Below are positions 21,784 to 33,600 of a stretch of 64,000 nt of DNA, piece by piece. Origin of the DNA: Macrostomum lignano. Taxonomy: Eukaryota. Position 1 is the stretch's first letter, and every line of letters begins with the position of its first letter. Under the pieces are notes generated by a model that was not told the DNA's origin, did no database searches, and was given only the letters and a program-made list of their open reading frames with translations. The position numbers and the translations under genes were made by a program. Where the stretch lies: positions 62,001 to 126,000 of the forward strand of contig NIVC01000992.1 in assembly GCA_002269645.1 (NCBI GenBank). The letters run 5' to 3'.

Positions 21784-23635
21784 GTAGGGTAGCAGTTTTG
21801 ACTGTTGCTCCATGTAAGCATATTATAATACGTATATAGAGCTACAGTTTACATGTAAGCGCATTAACTTAATTTGACAAATATAGTCGATATGGTAGCT
21901 TTAGTTAGTTTAAGTCAGTTTAGTTAGTTTTTTCGTTGTAGAGGTTTTTGAGTTTTTATGTTTCTTAGAACTCAATTTTCGCTTTCGTTTTGCTTTTGCG
22001 TCAGCCAGTCACGCGTCTCGATACGACTTAGCCCATGCAGATATCTGGATTGCCTAGACAGCTATTAAGATGCCCTATTGGAATATTTTGACAATCGCAG
22101 ATGACTGTCTGTTGCATTTTTATAATTTTCCAGTGTGGTGTTGCAGTCAACAAACAGCAGCTGCAGAATTTTCTCATTTTCTGTAGGGCCCAACTCCAAC
22201 AGAAAATTAAAAAAATATGCAGGCTGAGATGTTGCATTATACTTAATTGTTATATATAAATCAGCAAATGAGATGCTATTAAAATAAATAATTTAGAAAG
22301 TAGAATAACATGGTTGAAACACTGACTGACATTTGAAATAGTAGGCCTAGTAAACATTTTACAGTTTTTTTAAATTTCCTGATTTCTAATTCTTAAAAAG
22401 CTTCCATAGCAGGCCTGAGGCCTACAATGCAAATAACTTTACTTTTACTCTAAGTCTTGATATAATTTTTGAAGTCTTCATTGTCATAAAATTAAGAAAA
22501 CTAGACTAGCGTTTTTATTTTGGCATATATACTTAGTTAGTTAGCCTGCCTTTAATTATTAATATAATATTAATAATATTATAAGGGCTTGATGGCGCAA
22601 AAATGCCATACAATGCCAAGACTGCCATTCCATAGCTTATTATTGGCTACTGGTATTGATTGAGGGCTAGCTACCAATTATCTAGCATTGCTATTCCTTT
22701 TATAAATTCCTCTTTTATAGCCTTGTCTTACTGGCTTTCTTACCTACCTTTGACTTATCTCATTTTAGTACTATCCAATAAATAACATATTGAGCCAAAT
22801 TCCTCCTTTAGCTCCCCCAAATATGATGGTCTTATCACTCTTATATGTGGTGATCTTACTTTTGCTCCTACACTGGCTTAATTATAGACTAGCCTATAGG
22901 CTATATTGGCTATAATATAGATAGGCCTAGGCTATAACTTATGGCCTATATGCCTCTAAAAATTAGGCTTATAGGTTAGTTCCCCTAATATCCATCAAAT
23001 AATAAGGTGTAAGACAGTTCAGTAATAGACAATTTGGTAACAAATGATTTGGTAACATTATAGACAATTTGGTAACAAGATTTAATTTTAAGACTAGGGG
23101 GGGCCTAACACTATTATTGCACCAACTTCTATATCATGGTAGGCCCGCGCAATTTTGTCACTTTATTAATCATAGATACATTATTGTTTGATAATATTAT
23201 CTTTGTTAAAATGTATTCTAGTCTCTGGTGACATGGAATACTTTGGTAATATATTCAATTTTTTTCAATAACATATGTGTACATATATATAAATAAAGTT
23301 TCAAATCATTATTTACTAGTATCACTTTTAAAGTATTTTATATGTTCAATGCAAATATACTCAAAATTAGAAAGAACATTCAACTTGTTATCAAACTGGT
23401 CATAATGTATAGCCTACTAAAATTTTTTATTATCAAATCATCTGTTACAAAATTATCTATAACTGAATTGTCCTATATTCAAATAATAGGCCTACTCTAC
23501 CACAACAAGTTTTGACTGCTATAACTGTATTCATAGCTATAAAAAATAATCAACTTCCATAGCTAAATTTTCTTATTATTATAAGGCTAAAACATCCATA
23601 ACTATAACTTCTTGTAACTGCAATGTAGCTGTAGT

Positions 23636-25467
23636 GGCATTCCTTCGGTTTACGATCCCTGAAATTGGTGACGATCCCCATAAGAAAGATATGCAAGAGT
23701 AAGAAATTTGTGTTTTTTAATCATATTTTAAACCAGCACTGAAAATCACTTCAAGCCTTTTTATTTTTCTGTCGTCAAACAATTGAATGCCAACCAGAAT
23801 GAAACGATGCAAAGAGATCTGTTCATTCGCATACATTCATCAAATTGAAAGAGTTGCTCGTTACAGAACTCGTTTCAGAACTGTTCCATGCAGAGGATCC
23901 TATATATCCACTTTGGTTTACAATCATTTAAATGGCAGAAATACATGTAAATGATCGTGAACCGAAGGTAGGGGGTTTTAGTGTACCATTTCACGTCTCA
24001 GAACTGTTCCATGAAGACAATCCTATATATCCACTTTGGTTTACGATCATTTAAATGGCAGAAATACATGTAAATGATTGTGAACCGAAGGTAGGGGGGA
24101 GTAAGCGGCAAAGTTAGTTCAGAGCGCACGTGAATTCGTTATTTCAAGCCAGTTCAATCGCCGATAGGTCAAAGTCAAACAGACAACTGTCAGAAACTGC
24201 TGCCGGCACCGCGCACGAATAGACTGCCTTCAGGTCGTTCCAGAACTGCTTCACAAGTTTGCGTGGCTCTTTGCTATGGTGAGTTTGATACATCTGCTCG
24301 ACGAGATGCAAAGCAAAATGGACAGCTGATGTTCCTCGCATTGACTTGAATTTCGCTTTGCTATTGCCCCAGAAACCTTCAATACGGTTAGTGTGCACCT
24401 CACGCTTCTCAGAATTACGAATTATCGTCACCTTAAAAGTGTCCTTGTGTGACACAGTCCAATGGGTGTAACCCATCTCTTCCACTTTCAAGTAAGCTGC
24501 CTATCCGTCACTGTAAATTGCCGTTCCGGGCTGCACAAACTTTTGAATGAGCGGTAGAAGTGTTTTGGCCGATCTGTCAGCTACAGGCCAAATGATGCAG
24601 CGTCCGTCATCGCGGTCAACCATTCCGAAGACCCATATCTGACAGCCTTTTCAGGCACCTTTGTTGTACTTCATTTTGCATCTGAAGAGACTTTCGTCGA
24701 TTTCGACGGTGTGACTGACTCGACTCCGTACATCGTCTGCAGAGATCTGTGGATGAAAACAAATGAATTAGTAATACTATTACATCTCCACTACCCCCCC
24801 TCAGCTTCAGTTTACGATCATATGAATATAGAATCTGTATGTAAATGATCGTAAACCAAAGGTAGTGTGTATCCCGATAGTGATCAATTTCGATTTACTG
24901 CTCTACTACTTACACTGAAACCCCCTACCTTCGGTTCACAATCATTTACATGTATTTCTGCCATTTAAATGATCATAAACCGAAGTGGATATATAGGTTT
25001 TACTCACTTTTGCGACACACCAAGCAGATAATGTGTGATGAAGCCTACGATGTCCATCGGATTCAATTTTGATCCTTCGAAGAAGGAGAATTTCCGGATG
25101 GATACCCGTTTTTTCATGGGCACCAAATGGAGACGTATTGTTGGTTTTGCACTGAAAAGCGAGGCTGTCTACAGTGTTGTGCGCAGGCGTCATTTTCATT
25201 GCACTACCGCATGTTGGACACGACATTGATTCAGCTAGAAGACCTTCGGCTTGAAGTAGTGTAATCCAATTTACTTTGTCAATTAATTGCCATGCCATGG
25301 GAGAAACTAGGTCGGCTATTCCGTTCAGTTTTTCCAGTGAAACGAATAATCCTGGTTTCTCAATTTTTGCTTCTTTTGAGCAGGCCATGATTACTGAAAT
25401 AGAAAAATACATGGAGATCATGAACCAAAATACGGGTGGAAAAATGATTGTAAACCGAAGGAATGCC
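23636..25467 (-). mobile_element. Merlin (IS1595-like) DNA transposon, full length by its ends
   Basis: TIR GGCATTCCTTCGGTTTAC(G/A)AT. 8-bp TSD GCTGTAGT at 23628-23635 and 25468-25475. Contains the transposase remnant. Confidence 0.93.
24144..25390 (-). pseudogene. Merlin/IS1595 DDE transposase, intron-containing, inactivated
   Basis: N-terminal GLL..CPTCGSAM zinc ribbon, then VEIDESLF..KYNKG..WVFGMV, TLLPLI..VQPGT.IYSDG*AAY and HTNRIEGFW. It has two in-frame stops, a frameshift and a GT-AG intron at 24747-25007. Confidence 0.9.
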
Positions 25468-26594
25468 GCTGTAGTATATAACAAAAAATGTCAAAAGTGG
25501 CTATTTTATATAGAAAATTACAATATATAGATATATATATATAAAACCAAGACAGAATAGACTATAATTTAGATTGTATATTAGTGTATACTGGGTTTTA
25601 TGTTAGAAAAAATGACAAGACCTCGTTTGTATGCCAAGTTTTTATGTTAATACAAAAATTTGTCTTTGACACAATGTTTTTACTATGTTATATATGCTAG
25701 GATAAAAGCTGATATTTGCCAAAAAATGGCAAGTACCTTGTTATATGCTGGGAAATCCTAGCATATATATTGTTTTCCAAACTATAGAGAACAGATTAGA
25801 TTAGGCTAGCATTAGCATAGTAATTAAAGTGCAAATGAAGCAAAAACAAGCAAGACAACTAGATAAGCAAATAGAATGTTTTTTTTTAAATTTCATAGAA
25901 AGTGTTAGTTCTTTATGTATATTTAACAAATTTTTATTTCAAAGATTAATAAACACTAAATATAGTTTATTTTGTGTAGGCTTACTAGTCAATCTGTTAT
26001 TTTATTATTTGATTTTATACTTAATGCAAACATTTTTAATTGACATTATAGATAACCATTATGGCAGTTAGGAAATTTGCCATAATCTATAACTATAGCC
26101 ATAAGCTAAAAAAAATATTGTAGCCATAATCTGTAATGAAAATATGGCTACAAAAGTGCCACTTCTATAATTTACTATAACCCTAACCAAAATGACAGTA
26201 GAATATTACTATAAAAACTTTACAAGGACTTATAGGCTAGGGACCTATAGTTTTCCAAGGCCCTAAGGAGGATAAAATCATTGCAAGGCATTTTTTGTAC
26301 AAATTTTCTTATTCTAAAAGATGCAAGTTTTTTTATTTTGTGACAATAAAGAATCTTTTTTATAATTTTAACAATAAATAACCTTTTTTTCTATGATTTC
26401 TATAATAGAAGACCTTTTTTGAAAAGCCAATTGCTTCTTGCTTTGTAGGACCATCATTGGAATAAGCATTGCCTTGAGTTTTGGTTTTATCAAGAATGTT
26501 TCCCCTATTGGAATAAGTGGTATTTTCGCGGACGGCGTCCGGCGCACTTTTTCTTTTTCCTCATAGTCATGGCCATGACGCACAGCAGCTCACA

Positions 26595-26893
26595 CATACA
26601 TGCGCAACCTCCAAAATTCGGTCGGCCGTGCGACTTAGTTTTAACAAAAATGCGACATAGTTTTTGGCCAGAAATGCGACTTACATGTAAAAAAAACCCT
26701 AAAGCAAAATTAACGCAACTTTGGGTAAACGGCAGGAGTAACTATGACTGTCTTATTAACCCAAAATGCCTCGTCAGCTACTTAGTACTACTACTTAGGT
26801 ATTTTTTCGGGTGGGCATTTTTGCGACTTCCTTGGTTGGTCACCAAATCAGTCGGCCGGATCGGCCGACTCGGCCGACTGTTGCGCATGTATG
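26595..26893. mobile_element. MITE (about 300 bp), hAT/P-type
   Basis: TIR CATACATGCGCAAC and 8-bp TSD AGCTCACA (26587-26594, 26894-26901). Same family as 63382-63652. Confidence 0.92.
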
Positions 26894-27039
26894 AGCTCAC
26901 AGGTAAGATGCAAGGAGGACATCACGCGCTACATACAGCGCTGCTGAACAAGGATGAGAAGCATGCACAGGAGAAAGTCAGCAGCACGGTGGAAATTCAG
27001 CAAACTGTAAGTAAAACTTGTAAACTTGTAAACGCGCAC

Positions 27040-27566
27040 TGGCGCACAGTGGCGCACAACGGCGCATACCAGAGGACACCGGCGCATGGCGGCGCGGCGC
27101 GGCGGGCGCCGCGCCACATGCAGCGTTACCCTTGTGGCGATCCCATGTAACGATGTAAGTCATTACTTGTTACAGTACACTATTCACTGTTCTATCTAAT
27201 GTAACACTGCATTCTACCAAAAAATAAAAAATAAAATAAAATATTTTCCTTTTCCTTTTTACCTTTGTTTTTGCCATTTGCTTACTTTTTATGTTTGTTT
27301 TGTTTTAAAAATTAGAAATTTAATTAAAAATTTTTTAAATTTCTTTTTTCGGTTTAACGATCTCAATTTCTCATAATATAATATAGATAGCCCGTAACCG
27401 TCCCGTATATTGGCGCACAAAAATTGTTGCTATGTTGTAAAAAAAGGTCTTTTATTGTCGCAAGGCAGGTAGTGGCGGGCGCACAACGGCGCACACGAGG
27501 GTTTTTGTGTCGGCGCACGGCGCACAATTTTGGGAGAGGCCAAAATTTGTTCCGGCGCACACTCTG
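27040..27566. mobile_element. Probable DNA transposon end with GGCGCA subterminal motifs
   Basis: Dense cluster of GGCGCAC motifs ending in CCGGCGCACACTCTG, which is CAGAGTG... on the minus strand (hAT-like). No partner end was found. Confidence 0.35.
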
Positions 27567-28424
27567 CCACCTTCCTGACTATGGCGTCCATACCACCTTA
27601 GGATTTGAAGATTGTCATGACGCACCGTCCAGGCCACTTTATGATTGCCATGGCGCACTAGATGCACTGTCCACAGTGTCTGAAAACTTATTCCAATAGG
27701 GAATGTTTCTTATTATATTTAATATTTTTATATAAAAGTCTGGCTTTTCTTAAATAGTATTTACTTAATTTTCATTAAAAAGAATATAATAGGCTTAGAT
27801 TTTCAAGTTTTGATCTTCAAATATGAATTTTACTTTTTCTGTGATAAATATATTGAATGCTTATAGAAATGGTAGCTGTGTCTATAATTTTGAAGCTTAT
27901 AGGCATCTACACTATGTGAGTACACATGGTACCATTGCTTTAAATATGACCATTACCTTCTTTAGTGTCAAAATAGATTTACATTATGGACATGGCTACC
28001 TTCTATGTCTAAGAGTGAACTCTTTCAATAGTGCTATGTAGACTTCATTAACATGGCCACTATCTCCAGTGTGAGATGCATTCTAAATTGTATAGATATG
28101 GCTGCGATGTCTATAAGCTCTAATATTGTAGACATGGTGGCATGGCTATATCTATTAGTGTGGACCTAATTAGTATTAGAGACATAGCTACTATTTCTAT
28201 AAGTTTTTGGAGTATAGACATAGCTGTGGTGTCTCTAAGTGTGGCATAAAATTTATTGTCCATAAGACTGACCTACCTGATTATAAAAAGTTGAAATAAA
28301 TACCTAGTCTTAATAATAATTATAAGTGAAACACTTTTACAATATAGTTTTCTAATTAGATATTGCTTTTGCATTTTTGTATTTTCAGATATCAGCATCT
28401 AATTTATTCAGGGCATTATCTATC

Positions 28425-29644
28425 ATGCGTTCTTGGATGGATGATATCTATACTACCATTGACAACAATATTTCATGGATTTCTGTAAGTTGAGAAAAAA
28501 TGTTTTTAAACTAGCCAGGAATTAAAAATGTATTTAATACTATTCAGTAACTATTCTAGTATTATAAATATAAATACCTAGATATAAACAACTCATTTAT
28601 AGTATAGTGGATCAGGGATTATAATCTAACCTCTAGATATTAAAAATATGGCTGTTCAGTCCAAGGACTAGGGGGTTGCCCCACACACCCTCAGTTACCC
28701 TAGCTGGGTGAACTGAAGCAATGCAGAGTTAAGTGTCTTGTTCAAGGACACAAATTGTTCCGAGTGGGTCGAGACTCGAACTCCTGACCTTTCAGTCGTG
28801 AGTCCAACATCCACAACAATGAGCCCAGGTTCGATTCCAAGTGCAGTCACATAAATTCGAAGGCTAAATTTGAATCTAATAACGTAAATTAGGTAGACAA
28901 AGAAAGATATCTGCAACTCACATTCAAGTGCTCATCCAATTCTGTGTTGCACAGAAAGTGCCAGCTGGTCTGGGCTTCATCGGCTTGCTCACGCTAGCCA
29001 GGCGTCGGTACTGGCTAGTCAAATGGCGCAGCCTTGCCAGCCTGCCAGCCGAGGTTCGCTCCGGCCAATGGGCATTCCGTGTCCGAGTCCAACGCTGTGA
29101 CTGTTCAACAGATCCAGTGCCCGTTGAGCTAGTTGCTAGGCACGAGCCTGTACTGTTTAATCTGCCTATATTGTTACGCAATCGCAAGCAGGACAGTTCT
29201 TCAGACTTGTTGAAACTCAGACTAGCCGGCTTGAACAAGCTGACGACTGAGGGTTTAAATTGGTTGCAAAATCGACTCACTAATCGAATAGTTCGAGTTC
29301 GAGTGTTACAGTTGGTTAGCAACGATACAGTTGGTCTGTGCGCGATTTTTCAATGGCGATTGATTTCTTGGCATCCGTTGAGTTATCGGTGCATCGCTGA
29401 ACAGCTGGTTGCTAGCGGCTTAGCTCAGCGTTGCCATCTCGATGCTGAATATTCTGAGATAGAGAACAGCAGCAGTCAGCATTGGAAGGCCCTGTTGGGT
29501 AGACTGGAAGTGGCCGAGAATGAAGCCAAAAGACGTCGTTTGGGTCTGTGGCGCCCGCCAGCCAATAGTAATCGAGCATCGTTTCTCTCGTCTCTGATTG
29601 GTCGATTAAAAGCCTGGTGGAGTCGACGAAATCGGGACAGCTAG
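28425..29644 (+). CDS. C3orf33: C3orf33 homolog (staphylococcal nuclease-like fold); exons 28425-28484 and 28955-29644
   Basis: TM segment GLGFIGLLTLAR, then LKLRLAGL..EGLNWLQ, IAEQLVASGLA and LEVAENEAKRRRLGLW match C3orf33-family motifs. GTAAGT/CAG splice sites join in phase 0. Confidence 0.75.
28647..28817 (-). mobile_element. tRNA-derived SINE (family A), intronic copy
   Basis: Homologous to 54783-54987. B box GAGTTCGAGTC and central GTGTCCTTGAACAAGACACTTAAC..TTCACCCAGCT domain. Abuts a family B fragment (28821-28880) head to head. Confidence 0.75.
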
Positions 29645-29959
29645 ATTATTCTATTTAGACTACTGCTAGTAGATTAGTAAAGAAAATTAGCGTTATTTTA
29701 AAACAAGTTTTATACATACTGAATAGTATCACATTAAATATGAATTATTTTATGAGTTTTTGTGCATTTAATGCCAATTTCGGTACTGGTATCCTCTAAT
29801 TTGAATGTATTTTGTTTAAGTAAACTAATAAAAAAATTTTTAACTGTTAACTTTCTTGATATTATAATAAAGCTAATTCTGCTTTATTATATTTTTTTTT
29901 ACTATCCTCTAAGATTAAATAAGAATTGGTTTGAAATCGCATTAATCTTTAATAAATCG

Positions 29960-30610
29960 CCTTTTTAAATCGTTCTTTAAAAATCGCATCATAGAATCGC
30001 CTTTTAAACATTGGCCCATGGACTTACCTTTTAGAAATCGCCATTAGATCGTCCTATAAAATCGCTTTATTTTGAAAATCGCAACATAGTGTCGCCTTAT
30101 TTTATCATTGTTCATAAAATCACCTTTTTAAAGATCGCCCATAGAAGCGCCCTCTTTTAAACATCACCCATACAATCGCCCTCTTTTTAAAAATCGCCCA
30201 TAGAATCGTGCATTTCAAAAAATCGCCCTTTTAAATTGCCTTTTCAAAAATCGCCCATAGAATCGCCCTTTTTTTAAATCACCCATGGAATCGCCGTTTT
30301 TTAAACATCGCCCATAAAATCCCCCGTAGAAGCACCTTATTCAAAATCGCAAATAGAATAACCCTCATTTAAAACATCCCTTTATAGAATCGCCGTATTT
30401 TAAAATCGCCCATAGAATCGCCCTCTTTTTAAAAATCCACATAGAATCGCCTTATTAAAATCGCCCATAGAATCGCCTTATTTAAAAATCGCTCATAGAA
30501 TCGCCCCATAGACTCGCCTTTTAACAATAGCCCATACTCGTAAAATCGCCCATAGCATCGCCCCATAGATTCGCCTTATTAAAAATCGCACATAGAATCG
30601 CCTATAAACA
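29960..30610. repeat. Degenerate minisatellite with AATCGCCC/CATAG core
   Basis: Recurrent AAAATCGCCCATAGAATCGCC units between C3orf33 and the LRR gene. Confidence 0.85.
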
Positions 30611-30643
30611 ACTTATTATCTCATTGAATTTCTCCAGCCTGCA

Positions 30644-33600
30644 ATGCCGCTCCTATCAAATCTCACAGTAGTGGCTCTGGCCATCTTAGCCAGCGGCATC
30701 AGCTGTCAAAGCGCCTGTCCTAACGACCCGTCAGTTATCAAACCTGGCACGTGCATCAATTCCGCTGACAGATCAACCTGTCTCTGTAGACCAGCCATAC
30801 CAACTGTTGAGTCTTCTTCATCATCGTCTGAGACTAAGCCTCAACCATTGGTCACTTTCCTCTCGTCGTGTCGTCACGCCCGACTGTGCGGCTGCCCGCC
30901 AGACGGGCTGGGCGCCTTGCAGCCGAGAGCCTTCGCTGGCCCGTCTATTGGTGGCCTATTCAAGTTGATGCTGATTGGCTGCGGAATAACGTCAATAGCT
31001 AAAGATTCATTTGAAGGTCTCAGCGGACTTACAAGTCTAATCCTGGATAATAACGCTCTGACAGATGCTGGGCTACCACCTGATGCTATTGTTGATTCTC
31101 TACCGAACTTGCAATCTTTGCACATATCGTCTAATAAACTAGTTCGAATACCGAATATTAGACTGCCGAAGCATGTTACTAAGCTCACTCTGGCTGCTAA
31201 TCTATTGCAAGACTGCAGTCTGCCAGAGCTCGTTGCTAGCACCTCAGCCGAATTAAAATCATTAACATTGAGCTCCAACTCTAAATTAAAAAAAATTAAA
31301 TCGGCCTGTCTACCAGCTAAGCTGCAAGCATTGACTTGTAAAAGTTTGCCATTGGATTCTATTGAGCTGAATTCTGTAGTTGCTAGCTTGACTAGTTTGC
31401 ACATTAGTTTGCCAGCAAATTTGAAAAAATCTACTAGGTAAGTAACTGATTACAATTTATTGGACATTTATTTTCCTCTCATTACTTTTCAGAGTAACGA
31501 ATAAGGTGTCGGGGGGAGGGCGGTGTTAGCATCTGTTAGGATTTGGCCACAAATACTAGATGGGCCCACTCAGCACAATTTGCGTGTAAGCTACTTTCAG
31601 TTCAGTAGTAAGTTAAACCGAAGCATTTTAATGTATTTTTTCAAGCCAAGGCTCATTTATTGGCTCTTAACCCCAGCTTAAACCCTCCAACCCCCGCTCC
31701 GCCCAAATTTTTATTGCCTTTCCTGGAATTCCAGCCTAAAGCTGCCATGTACATTTCACTGGACTGGCCAATGTACATTATTGCTGAACCAATTAGCAAG
31801 TTGTTTACGCCTGCAAGCTTGTTGGGTTTCTAAACTTATCAGTCGTTTCAGCTGCCTTTTTTTATAAAATAGCTCATGTATTCTTCTTAGCTACTGAACT
31901 GAAAGTAGACAGCTGTGGTCAAGGGAAACGGCTGGACGCCTAACAGCTAAACTAGCGGCATAATACACTATTATATCCTAATAGACTAATTCCAAATTTC
32001 TATACTAATAGACTTATTTCCTGCTGTTATATCCTAGTAGACTAATTCACTATTTATTCCATACACTAATTCCCCATTTATCCCATACACTAATTCCCCA
32101 TTTATCCCATACACTAATTCCCCACTTATCCCATACTCTGATTCCTCACTTATCCGATACACTTAATTCTCTATTTATCCCATACACTACTTCCCTATTT
32201 ATCCCATACACTACTTCCCTATTTATCCCATACACTAATTCCCCATTTATCCCATACACTAATTCCCCATTTATCCCATACACTAATTCCGCACTTATCC
32301 CATACTCTAATTCCCCACTTATCCCATACACTTAATTCCCCACTTATCCCATACACTTAATTCTCTATTTATCCCATACACTACTTCCCTATTTATCCCA
32401 TACACTTATTCCCCATTTGTCCCAAACACTAATTCCCTATTTATCCTATACTCTAATTCCCCACTTATCCCATACACTACTTCCCTATTTATCCCATACA
32501 CTACTTCCCTATTTATCCCATACACTTATTCCCCATTTGTCCCAAACACTAATTCCCTATTTATCCTATACTCTAATTCCCCACTTATCCCATACTCTAA
32601 TTCCCCACTTATCCCATACACTTAGTTCCCCATTTATCCCATACACTAATTCCCCATTCATCCCATTAACTACACAATTTTCTCAATAGTGATAGAAAAG
32701 AGTCGCATTTTTAATACAACACCCTCATGTTGAATTTTAATTCCGCAAACTCAACTTCCCAGATTACCGATGCATTTCTATACCGCTCTGGCGGCCACCA
32801 AATCGCTTCGACAACTAAGCTCGCTCAGTCTGCAAAGATTCAGCCAGGGCGCCAAGCTGATGTGCTCCGATATGTCTAAATTTGCCTGGACCAAATCTCT
32901 CGCCTCATTGGAGCTGTCAAATATAATTGATCTCAAATTGATGTCGGATGACAGTGGACCAACTATAGGCTGTTTTTCGAGTCTGTCAGGGCTCAGACAT
33001 CTGCGATTGGAAGTCTGCGGATTGACTAACAGTGCCGGTCTAACACCGCTGCCAAACCAACTCATGACCTTGAGTTTGAGGGGCAACGAATTTACTGAGA
33101 TTCCCAACAATCTGCCGAATATGCTAGAGTGAGTACTGGATTCCCCTGTTATAATCTGTCCGAATTCCCCTGTCATAACCTGTCTGAATTCCCCTGTCAA
33201 CGAGTCTGGATTCTCCTGTCATACTCTGTCTGAATTACCCTGTAATAACCTGTCTGAATTCCCCTGTCAACGAGTCTGGATTCTCCTGTCAACAAGTCTG
33301 GATTCCCCTGTCGCAACCTGTCTGAATTCCCCTGTCGCAACCTGTCTGAATTCCCCTGTCGCAACCTGTCTGAATTCCCCTGTCGCAACCTGCCTGAAAT
33401 CCCCTGTCGCAACCTGCCTGAATTCCTCTGGCATTACTAATCTGAATTCCCCTGTCATACTCATAACCTGTCTGAATTCCCCTGTAATAACTAATCTGAA
33501 TTCCCTGTTATCCTCAATTTTCTATTTTTCCTTTCCCGACAGAATTCTGGACTTACAAAAAAACAAACTGACGGCTATTCAGCCCGAGCGGCTTGCTCAT

